The notes under the pieces were generated by a model. It had not been told where the DNA came from, did no database searches, and saw only the letters and a program-made list of their open reading frames with translations. A stretch of DNA of 63,122 nucleotides, the filler included, from Reticulomyxa filosa (lineage: Eukaryota > Protista > Foraminifera), in NCBI GenBank assembly GCA_000512085.1. It is 10 parts of 10 records of this genome, joined end to end, with 100 filler letters (N's around TTAATTAATTAA, not from the genome) between each part and the next. Parts side by side here need not be neighbours in the genome. Positions count along the whole stretch, not along the records: positions 23,948 to 27,977 come from ASPP01029404.1; positions 28,078 to 46,418 come from ASPP01008975.1; 8 more parts are not named here. One strand, given 5' to 3'. The position numbers and the translations under genes were made by a program. Below, piece after piece: positions 25,875-37,404 of this stretch; positions within the stretch are counted from its first letter, which is position 1; every line of letters begins with the position of its first letter.

Positions 25875-27259
25875 TCTATCAACTTATTTGCTTGGGATAA
25901 GATAAAGTTTCAATTTTTTTATATCAATATCAATATTTAAATGGTTCTCAAAATATTTATAAGAATTTTTGGAAAAAAAAAGGACATTTTGAACTTTAAA
26001 CAAGGTTTTTTTTAAGCTAGATGTTTTTGACATTTACTCCATTTTATTTTTTGAGCAAAATAAATAATGACGTATAAAATTTCAACTGAAGTTGTTTCTG
26101 TTACAAGAAAAAGATTCCAAAGTTGATATCGAAGAAACAGTACATTGTTCTCAACTGTTTCAACAAATGCATCTTCGTGAAAGCATATGTCATTTTGGAA
26201 CGCACGCTGGCCATTTCAGTGTTGTATAACACATAAATGACGTTGTTGCCTTGTTTCACCACACTGATGGAGCACTCGGTACATTTAGTGTGGCCATGTC
26301 TTTCACAAAGTCGTCCAAGCAATCGTAGTCACTCGAAAACAAACATATCACGTTTAATACGTCGGTGTGCAAAAAGAACTTTCATTTTTTTGTTTTTGCT
26401 TCTTGTTGCCACTGGAAATGCATTATTTTTATGTGTGCTTTCTTCTCCTTGTTTTTGTACTTTTTCATTGGTTATGTTTTCGACATTTTTACTACTAGTC
26501 AGCCCATTGACGACGTTGCGTACATAGTATTGAAACTGAACAAAGTTTTTGAATGTTTTTTCTACTTCTTTACATTTTGGCTGCAAAAAGCCTACTTCAA
26601 GCATCCTTATCTGCTAATATATTTTGAGTTTCTCTTTTGCTGATGACCGAAATTGATGTGTCCCCTTCGACAAAAAATTCACCTGCTGAACGCGACTCCT
26701 TTTTTAAATTTTTTCTTGGGAAAAAAGGTATTCACCAATGGTGTTGATTTTTTTTCATCCACTTTTCATTTTTTTAAAAAATTACTATTTGTATATATTT
26801 TTATCTGCTCATATATTGAATATTTTTACAGCAAAAGAGAATGTCGAGAGCATAAGTTACACGCCTGCATTGATGACAATAAAAAGTGGTAATCACTCGA
26901 CTGGATTCGGTTTGTCTTGGACCAAAGGTTCGTTGCTGCTCGAGATCAATTCGAACCATCGTAGTTTTATGCTAATAAATAGAATGTGCCTTCCAATTTT
27001 TTTTAACAGGCAAAGAGTTAAAGAAAGAAAAATATAAGGAAGGAAGACTGTTTTTCTTTTTGTTTTGCTTTTTTTTTCAGATTATAGTATTTTACTTTAA
27101 TATTGATTAACAGAAAAAAAAGCATTTTCTATCTTATTGCCATGCTTACATTGGATAGTCATCAAACAAGACTTTTCTAAAAATGTGAACATAAAGTAAA
27201 TTGGACGCTAAGTTTTTTTTATTAAAAGAGCTTTGACTTGTAAATTTTTTACATTTGGA

Positions 27260-27955
27260 ATGGCCCAAAGTTTGTTTGCGGTAATGTCATCTCTAAATTT
27301 GTGGGTGTCATTAGTGGTATTTTGTTCGGTGCATTTGACAACTGTGACAAGCAAGTTTATAGATAACCAACAATGCAACTATGTAGTTTTGGACCTGGTC
27401 TACGCAACGGACACATGTTTGGAAAGAACGAATTACGGATTAGTGTATAGTGACCAATTCAAATGTGAAAATGGCAACGTAACATTATATCGATGGTACA
27501 CTTCAGGTTGTAGAGGAGTGCCCTCACTAACGAAAAAAGTGGATGAATATTCCAAGGAGTTTAATGTCGAACCAGCAGGTGTCGTTTGGAAATGTAACGG
27601 AACCGCATCACCTAGTCAATGCAGTGCTTTCTTTCGCGTATATGACGTTCCGCCAACAGATGTCACTTGTTCTGGCAATGAATATTCTGATTATGCCGTC
27701 GGTGTAAATTTTTGTGTGAACCTCGGATATAATCAAAGCATCCTTTTCAATTGTTCCAACAACGAACTTGATATCAATTATTTCAATGGTAGCAGTTGTT
27801 CTCACTTTTATCACTTCGAGAGATTCACAAGCAACTGTGAACCAGATAGAAATGGTGTTTATACGAAATTGGAAATCCGTTGTGCTGCTTCTTCCTACTT
27901 TTCTTTTTCTTTTCTCCTTTTCTCTCTTCTCTTCCTTCATCTTGTCTATTCATGA
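27260..27955 (+). CDS. Cys-rich secreted, probably GPI-anchored surface protein with an internal duplication
   Basis: Hydrophobic N-terminus; two similar halves (C..S.QFKCEN..V....Y..SGC versus C..SILFNCSN..L...YF..SSC); C-terminal AASS followed by a hydrophobic tail. Confidence 0.72.
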   Translation: MAQSLFAVMSSLNLWVSLVVFCSVHLTTVTSKFIDNQQCNYVVLDLVYATDTCLERTNYGLVYSDQFKCENGNVTLYRWYTSGCRGVPSLTKKVDEYSKEFNVEPAGVVWKCNGTASPSQCSAFFRVYDVPPTDVTCSGNEYSDYAVGVNFCVNLGYNQSILFNCSNNELDINYFNGSSCSHFYHFERFTSNCEPDRNGVYTKLEIRCAASSYFSFSFLLFSLLFLHLVYS

Positions 27956-27977
27956 GAAAAAAAAAAAAAAAAAAAAC

Positions 27978-28077
27978 NNNNNNNNNNNNNNNNNNNNNNN
28001 NNNNNNNNNNNNNNNNNNNNNTTAATTAATTAANNNNNNNNNNNNNNNNNNNNNNNNNNNNNNNNNNNNNNNNNNNN
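27978..28077. other. Artificial contig linker
   Basis: N44-TTAATTAATTAA-N44. Confidence 0.98.
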
Positions 28078-28151
28078 TTTTTTTTTTTTTTGCAAGAAAA
28101 AGGAAAGGTATAAAGGATGGAAGGTTGCACTATCTATTAACAAACAAAATA

Positions 28152-30284
28152 GAAAGAAAGCCAGCTAAAAAAGCTGAAGGCGGAAAAAGAACATTTAAAC
28201 CAAAGCCGAAGCGGTAAAGACAAAGGAAATGGGCCAGAGGACGAATTGCAAGAAACTTTGGGTGGTGCAGGTGTAGAAGATTATGAAATTGAGCAGATGA
28301 AGCTCAAAGCAGAAGAAAGTTTGATGGATCCCAATACACTCCTTGGTAAATTTGAACCTTTAGTCCTGAGAGTGATTAGTCAACGTGAAAAATTTAATGT
28401 ACTGTTTTTGTTTGTTTTTTTTCTTCCTCCCTCTCATCCTTGTCTTCTGTGCGGAAAAAATTGAAACATGAGACAGAAATTTTGTGAACAGTGTCCTATT
28501 TTACAATCTGCAGCAGTTCTGGCGTTTGCCAAATTTATGTGCGTGTCATCAACAATGTGGTATGTTTGTCAAACAAACAAAAAAAAAGCTTGGATATGCT
28601 TTGTTTGATTTTGACACTGTTGCTATGGTGATGATGTTTAGTGAAAGAAATCTCCAAGTCTTATTCACGCTGCTCGAAAGACATACAAATCCCAACATTC
28701 GTGCCAACATCATCATTGCTTTGGGTGACATGTTAAGTAATGCTTAAGTCAATAGTAAAGCGTAAACAAAGGAAACTGGGTCAGTATGTAATAATTTGTA
28801 ATTGTTTAAACTCTAGGGCATTTCGCTTTCCAAACGAATTGGATGCCTGGTCTCCAAGAATGTACAAGAATCTGAGAGACAGTAATGTTGTCGTCAGAAA
28901 AAATGCGTTGATGGTTTTGACGCATTTGATCTTAAATGACATGGTCAAAGTTAGAGATAGCATCAGCGAGATTGCATTGTTGCTTTTGGACGAATTGCCT
29001 GAGATTAGCGACCAGGTTTGCGTTTTTTTCACTTTTCGACAAACAATCTTTAACGTTTTTTTGCTGATGGATCATAGGCACGTTTGTTTTTCCAAGAATT
29101 AGCGAAAAAAGGTAAAAATCCAATATATAATGTAATTCCAGACACGATCAGCCGATTGTCAAACAATGAAAATGTCAGTGACGAAACATTCCAATATGTG
29201 ATGAAGTTTTTGCTCGCGTTCATTGAAAAAGACAAACAAAAAGAGAATTTATTGGAAAAATTGTGCAATCGATTTACCGCGGCAGGCGACGATATGCGAA
29301 GTTGGAGAAATATTGCTTATTGTTTGTCGCAGTTACAATACTCAGAGAAATTAGCTCGCAGCATTGTTGATGAAGAATTGACCAAAAAATATGAAGATAA
29401 ACTGGGCGATGAGATTGTGTTTCAACATTTTAAGGATATTCAAAATAAATGTCGAAAGCACATCAAACCAGTTGAGAAAACAATTCTCTTTGTTGGTTTG
29501 TTTTGTTTTTTTTTTCTCCAGCAAAAGTAGATGTTTGTGGTTTTAAACGAAAACAAGGAATTCAAGGAAACGTTCGAAGCATGGATCAATCATTTGCAAG
29601 CAATTCATGACAAACAATCAGAAAATGCTGCGGCTATTGATCGCGGAGACTCCAAATTACAACACAATCGAAAGCATCCAAAGAAGACGGAAGAAGATGA
29701 GGAGAACAATGGGCATGACATTGTAGAGAATGATCCAAAAGAAAACCAAGAAACGACAGCAGTTTTGAATAAGCTAGAGTCATATCTTAGACCAAATTTA
29801 ACATCACGTACATAAAAAACTAATTAACAGAAAAAGGGCAGAAGGACCAAAAATAGGGAATCAATCAAAGGCCAAGAAGAAAATAGAGGTCGTGGTGTTA
29901 AGAATCATGGTCGTGGCCGAGGTCGTGGACGTGGCCGTGGGCGGACATTAGTCAGAAGAAATGTTGAAAGCGATAGTGATTTGGAAATTGAGGCGGAGTC
30001 GAGTGAGGAAGAAAAAAAAATTACTGATGATCAAACAGATTCTGAGAAAGAAAACGACAAGGAAAACACAAATACGCGAAATAATGCTTCAAAGGATATC
30101 GAGGAAGAAAGAGAAAGCAGTGAAAATGAAGCAGCTGCGGTCGAGACAGAAACTAAACAAGTTAAGAGAAAATATAATACAAATTAGTGAATATCACAAA
30201 TACTGTAAATTGCAAAAATATCAATAGAGCGAAGAAAAATCGAGGGCGGGCAGGCGTCGACTTGTAAGACGACACAATCGTTAA
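28152..30284 (+). CDS. NCAPD2: Condensin I non-SMC subunit 1 (CND1/Ycs4/CAP-D2), 3' part, multi-exon
   Basis: LQSAAVLAFAKFMCVS, RANIIIALGDM-AFRFPN, LRD...VRKNALMVLTHLILNDMVKV, PIYNVIPDTISRLS, KDKQKENLLEKLCNRF; acidic and RG-rich tail. Confidence 0.92.
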
Positions 30285-30820
30285 TACAAATTTAAATTAC
30301 AATTTACTGAACAGGGAAATGTAAAGAAATTGAAAAAGGTTGGTATTGGTCATTGTTAAACTATAATCGACAAAAACTTCTTATTTAGATTTGTCCAATT
30401 ATTTATTTTGATTTTTTTTTATGAAATCGTACCAACGTTTCATCATTCCTTCTTCTTCTTAGAAACACTTCTTTTGGTCCAGACAAACTTCTCTCAGCTG
30501 TTTAATTGCATGCAAAGAAAAAAATGGCTCTCGAGATGATCAAAGATTTAAGTCAAATGATGCAAATTTTAGATCCAGGAATCGTTGTGTTTATGAACAT
30601 GTTTTCATGAAATATTAACAACAAGTTTCTAAATACAAAATAACAGAGCTATGATCGTTGATATTTTTGTGACGTTTTCCAAAGTTGGATTGTGTACAAA
30701 AAATCAGGAAAATCATCAAAAGAAAACAATTTCTGTCAAGCTGCGAAAACAGGTTTTCCCCGCATAAGTTTTCTTTAATTCAAGAGAATTCGAAATAAGA
30801 AAAGTTGTACTGACAATACA

Positions 30821-33800
30821 ATGATTGAAAGAGTATTTGTTTCGAACGCGAACCGTATTGAAATCAATGATTGGCTTTATGTTGATAACAAGTGCATAAA
30901 ATGTTTGGGAGGAATGCAAAACAGACCAAAATCAACAAAATATGAGCTGGAAATGAAGGCGTTAAGGAGGTTATGCGGTAATGTAATTGAAGAAGATGAA
31001 TTGCGAAAACAGCTCGAAGAAAGTAATGGTAATGTATCTGTGGTGATTGGGCGAGTGGTCGCTAAATTAATGAATCCACAAGTAATTTATCCATAAAATT
31101 TAAACTACAACTTGTGCAATAATCAATGTTATTACAAAACAAAACAGATCGAAAGTTGTGATCCAGATTTTGTCAATAAAGTCAACCAATCAGAAAATGA
31201 ACATATCATGTTATAGCCGCATAATCAATCTTTCATTTATTTTGTCACACGTTGCGTTTGTTTTTATATGTGTAGCCAGGCGGGAGATACGCAAGAATCG
31301 CAGGTAAGTGAACTAGTTGAACAAAAATTAGACAAATTGAAAAAAGAAGAGGAAAAAATCGAAATTGGAGAGACAAAGCCAGGGATTAATCTGCAAGGCC
31401 ACTGTAGAAACATGGATTGTTTGGCAGCAAAAGCAAAACTTCCTGTGTGGATAAATCTTGAATTTGGTAGTGTTACATTTGTCTCTGATAACACAGCTTA
31501 TAATTGTCCAGATTGTAAGCAATCAACAGTAACATCGATTATCAAAGTAATGATATTTAATTCCGAACATTCTATTTGTGCGAGTGATGATACGATACCC
31601 GTGAAAGACAACCATTATCAATGCACTTATCCAATTAAATCAGGATTATCCTATGACTTGAAAGCCAATAAAATTAGACAGCACGCAACAAGTTTAGAAG
31701 ATTTAATTACTCGAAGTGAAATTGCCATGACAAGCGTTGAGATTGTGAATTTGGTTGCAGAGTTGCAAAATTATTTAATTACCGTGGTAAAACCATCCAA
31801 AGTAAAAGATAAGGTAAGATTATTGGAAAAAAATCCAATGTGATTATGGTGGGGATTACAATCAGGCGTTTGATGTTGGAAGATTCACCATTTTATGTGA
31901 TAATGCAACCAAATTGCAAACAGCAGTGGCGGTGATGAAGAAAGCAGAGAAATTTAATTTGATTGTATCTGAAGATAAAGACTTCTTTGAAAGGCAATCC
32001 AAGACACATCACAGATTTCACAATATTAAATTATATGTTCCGAAACATGATGTATATGTGGAGATGCAAGCGACTTTAAAAAATTTTACAACACTAGAAG
32101 GATATACTGTGATTGAAAATCCAAAATTAAGCCATTTGTTTTATGAACACATCAGAGCATGGAAGCCAAATGGTCCAGAAGAGGAAGAACTTAAACAGGA
32201 AGGCGATAAAACATTAGCTAGAATTAATGATGTTATTTGTGAATGGATTGATGACAAAGGAATACAAAAAATAACATACCACTACAAATCTCATTTAGAT
32301 ATTGGAATATTAAAGCCACCACAACTATGCAAAAAAAGTGAATCAGAAATTAATGCTAATACTTCACTAAGGATAGCACAATTTGTATATGAACAACTTT
32401 GCAAATTCACTCCAACAAAATTAAAAGGGAAAGCAATATATGTGATTTTATATGAATATTATAAAAAATATATTATTGGAAACAAAAGCCCGGCAAGTTG
32501 TGCGGATTTCCTTTCATTATTACAAGAAGCAAGAAAATTGGAAATGGAAGAAGATCCAGCAATATCCCAAGCACTTGAAATGTATATTCCACTACAAGCA
32601 AATAGTTATCCGCATATGGACAGTGATGATAATCAAAATAATCAAACTTATGATTGTCATCAAAATGTACTTGAATTCCTGGGAGCAGAAGAAAAAGAAG
32701 AGAAAAGTGAACAACACCAGAAAAGAAAAGTAATGATAATTCAAGGAAAATCAGGATCAGGAAAAAGTATATTCTGTCGCCACTTAGAAGAAACGCTATG
32801 GGATAATTATAAGCTTAATTCAAAAAGTCCTATTCCAGTTTATATTTCATTTCCAAAAGTTTATAACAAACACCACGAAAAAGATATTATTTTACAAGCA
32901 TTACAAGGTAAAAATATTAACAAAGAAATTATGGATGCCATTCGTGAAAAAATATCTTTTGTGTTTATTATGGATGGATTTGATGAAATATTTGATTTTT
33001 ATCGCAAAAATGAAAATGAACAATATTTCTGTGACCGTTTTAATTTACATGAATGGAATGCAAAAATTATTGTCACTTGCCGAAGTAGTGTATTACATGA
33101 CGATGATATTAAAAGTACTTTGATTGGCGCAAATCAAAATGATACAACAATGATGTATTTATGGCCATTTACGAAACAACAAATGCATAATTACATTGAA
33201 AAATTTGCAAATATGAAATTTAAAAATAACAATAATGTAGGTAACACGAATGATTGGACGACACAACAATATGAAGAAACGCTAAATAATTATCCAAATC
33301 TACATAAAATGATAGAAGAACCATTTCTCCTTCAATTGATTTTGAATGTGTTGCCATCATTAATACAACAATATGGTGCAGGAAGCAACATTTCAAAGGT
33401 GCAAATATATGAGGTGTTCAATGACCAATGGATTGATATTCATAGTCAAAATGTTATCTCAAATTTATCAGAATTACGTATTCAAATGAATATAAACAAA
33501 ATCAAAGCAGCGCTAAAACAATATTGCCTTGATTTAGGATTTGATATGTTTCATCAAGGAGATCAAGTGACAATTGAACCAGGATTTCGATATCAAAACG
33601 ATGACACAATTTTGAGTAAATTAGATCCAAAAATGGAAAATGAAAGCAAAGGTATTGTGGATGAAGTAACAAAAGTAAAAACAATGGATGAAAATTCAGG
33701 TGTAAAGAATATTTGGGAGAAGTATTTCCATGGCGATAGTATTGCTAAATATGTATTGAGAAGAGTTGGCGAAAACAAATATCAGTTTTTACACAAATCT

Positions 33801-36468
33801 TGCCAAGAGTATTATGCTGCACAAAAGATCATATTTGATATCATTTCATGGAAACCTAGTATTGTTGATGTTGATAATATTAATAATCAACAATTTCAGC
33901 AACAATTTGAAATACATATTCAAAAACTATCCATCAATTACAAAATATTAAATGAAGAATTAGGAATTATTCAATTCATTGCAGAGCGGGTTCATGAAAG
34001 CAATCCGATATATGTGAATTTAAAATCGCGATTGTTTCGGATCATTGAATCGTCAAAGAATAATGCAAATGTCAGCATCGCAGCAGCAAATGCAGCTACC
34101 ATACTCAATTCAGCAAATGTCAATATGCATTATCGAGATTGGAGCAGTATCAAAATTCCTAATGCTATTTTGGATCACTCTTTTCTTGAAGGAACTGACT
34201 TTAGTAATTGCTAATTTAGATAATGTTCACTTCTATCAGGCTTTTTTGAATAAGGCTATTTTCACAAATGCATCAATGAATGGAATTTATTTTGGAGAGT
34301 ATGCCTATTTGGAAGGGCATTCAAATATTGTAAATGGAATTCAATTTTCACCAGATGGAACAAAAATTGCGTCATGTTCAGATGATTCAACTATTCGGAT
34401 ATGGGATACATCAACAGGAAAACAACTTCATTTATTGGAAGGGCACTCAGGTTATGTAAAAGCAACACAGTTTTCTCCTGATGGTTCTATGATTGTTTCC
34501 TGTTCACAAGATAAAACAATTCGACTATGGGATGTGTTATCCGGCCAACAAATCCAAGTGTGGGAAGGTCACTCAGGTGTTGTAAACGCGGCTCAATTTT
34601 CCTCTGATGGTTCTAAAATTGTGTCATGTTCACAAGATAATACGGTTAGAATATGGGATATATCATCCAGAAAACAAATTCAATTATTGAAAGAGCATTC
34701 TGATTGGGTTAATGCAGTACAATTCTCATCTGACGATTCAAAGATTGTATCTTGTTCAAATGATAAAACAGTTAGACTGTGGGATACTTCGTCCGGAAAG
34801 CAGCTTCAAATTCTAGAAGGACATGCAGACGATGTAATTGGAATTCAATTTTTATCCAATGGATCAAAGATTTTATCATACTCGAAAGACACAACCATTC
34901 GAATATGGGACTTATCTTCATACCAGCAAATTCAAAAATTGGAAGGACACTTAGAAGTTGTAAATGGTGTTCAAATATCACCAGATGAAACAAAAATCTT
35001 GTCATATTCAAATGATACAACAGTTCGAATATGGGATTTGTTGTCCGGAAAACAACTTCAAATTTTGGAAGGACATTCAAGATGGGTAAATTCAGCACGA
35101 TTTTCACCGGATGGTTCCAGAATTGTATCGGGCTCATTAGATGAAACAATTCGAATATGGGACGTGTCATCTGGAAAACAACTTCAAGTATTAGAAGGCC
35201 ATTTACATTGGATAAATGGAGTGGATTTTTTCCCAAAAGAACCCAAAATTTTGTCATGTTCATATGATAAAACTATTCGAATATGGGACGTAGCTTTAGA
35301 AAGAAAGATTCAGTTAACAGAAGGACATCTAGACAATGTAATGCAGGCCAATTTTTCACCAGATGGCTCCAAAATTGTATCTTGCTCATGGGATAAAACA
35401 ATTCGATTGTGGGATACATTATCAGGAAAACAAATTCGTGCCTTTGAAGATAATATAAAACATGTACGTGGAACACAATTTTCACCAGATGCCTCCAAAA
35501 TTGCATCATACTTTCGTGAAAAAATAATTCGCATATGGGATGTATCATCTGGAAAACTGGTTCAATTATTGGAAGGACATTCAGATGTAATAAACTCAAT
35601 ACAATTCTCACCAGATGGTGACAAACTTGTATCATGCTCAGATGATGCAACTATTCGAATATGGGATTTGTCATTAGGGAAGCAAATGCAATTGCTGAAC
35701 GGGCATTCTTCTCGAGTATTAGAGATTCAATTTTCGTCAGATGGCTCCAAACTTGCATCTCGTTCTCGTGATAAATCAATCCGATTATGGAATGCGTTTT
35801 CTGGAAAACAACTGCACTCCTTTGAAGGGCATACAAAAGATATAACAAGCATGCAGTTTTCTCCAGACGGCTCTAAAATTGTATCAGGTTCAGAAGATAA
35901 TACTATTCGAGTGTGGGATTTATTGTCTGAAAAACAACTCCTATTATTGAAAGGTCACTTACACAGTGTAAGAGATGTTAAGTTTTCACCAAATGGTGCC
36001 GCGATTGTATCATGTTCAAACGATAAAACGATTAGATTGTGGAACACATTTTCTGGAAAACCAGTCCATGTGTTAGAAGGGCATCAAGATCATGTATGGG
36101 GGGCACAATTTTCTCCTGATGGCTCTAAAATTATCTCTTATTCCTGGGACAAAACTATCCGAATATGGGATACATCTTCCGGACGGCAAATCCAAGTGTT
36201 GGAAGGACATACTGGAAGCATATTTGGAATGCAACTATCACCGGACGGTACAAAGATAGTATCATGCTCAGAGGATAGGACAATTCGATTATGGGGCAGT
36301 GACTACAGCAAAACATTTGGCAAAGCCGAGGCTAGTTTGGTGAGGTGTATTTGGCAAGTAGGTGTTCAAAGGTTTGGATTATCAATGAAAGATAGTTCCT
36401 GGAAGCATACAAACGGTTTGACACAACAGCAAAAATTGCTTGTTGAACAACGAGGTGGAAAATTTTGA
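30821..36468 (+). CDS. NLR-like STAND protein: UBA-like, Cys4 zinc module, RelA/SpoT-like nucleotidyltransferase, NACHT NTPase, pentapeptide repeats, 16 WD40 repeats; two +1 indels (31827-31833, 34208-34209)
   Basis: Walker A IIQGKSGSGKS, Walker B FVFIMDGFDEI, IIVTCRS, PFLL, FLHKSCQEYYAA, AAANAATILN, 42-aa WD repeats. N-terminal K.KVK...R..EK / D..R / EMQ / H..YE motifs. ORFs 31268-31843, 31914-34214 and 34045-36468 join when one base is removed at each site. Confidence 0.88.
34310..36295 (+). repeat. Tandem array of 16 126-bp (42-aa) WD40 coding repeats
   Basis: Periodic GAAGG.CA....TT.TC.CC.GATGG..ATTCGAATATGGGA units; 16 counted in the translation. Confidence 0.9.
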
Positions 36469-37404
36469 TTTTTAGTATTTGTTACAAATAGGATTTGTTT
36501 ACTCTGTTTAATACAATTGCAACTTGATTCTTCTGAGCATAATTGTTGATTTTCAATTTTGTAACATAATCTCAAAATTTTATTGTTTTTTTAAACAAAA
36601 CGTTTATTACTTTACTATGCAATGAGTACACTTCTGTGCAAAATTTGAATGATGTTATACAAGAATAAAACAGGAAAGAAAGTATGTAAAAATAAGAGAA
36701 AGCAATAATTTGCAAAAATGATAGCGTTCCATAAAAGAAAATTAAATTGCAACAAGATTTAAAAATTGATCTTCAAAGTTACCAAAACATAACTTTGTAA
36801 GTACAATAATGCAAAAAAAAAAGCTAATCCCAGGATTTATCAAAAAAGATGCAACGCTGAGAAAGAATTGAAAACGTTGCTTTCACGGAAAAAAATGATT
36901 ATTTCCATAGTAATATTTTACTTTTTTCGTCCAGTTGTGAAATAACATTGGATATTTCACGAGCTATTGATGTAATTGCTATATCTTCTTAGGATAAGCT
37001 ATTTGACTGTGGAGCTGTTATGTATAGATTTCATCATAACAGAACCCAAGCTGAGATCAAATCAACTACATAAATTTTTACAAATAAGAAAAAAAAAGAA
37101 GAGGAATAAGGAGACATTTGTGCAGATGAAGAGAACACAAAGAATATTCTAATTATCGATGAATAAAGACTGTTATATTTTATTTGAAACTGACACGTAA
37201 TCTTTTCTTGAATCCTAAAATTTGTTAAATCTTAGCTGTTGCACATAACTCGTTTTTTAAGAAAAATGCGTAAATAAAAGGTTTTTTTGCAGTTACAAGC
37301 AAATTAAACAAAATAAATTTGAATAGGGAACTGTTGGAAGTTCAAAGTTTATTTTTGAATAGACATTGTAATCATTAGAAATAATTCAAGAAAAACGCTT
37401 TGGA

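Noticed and set aside
34310-36295. Regular 126-bp periodicity as a CRISPR-like array
   Set aside because: It is an open reading frame of WD40 repeats with codon-level variation; no repeat-spacer structure or cas genes.
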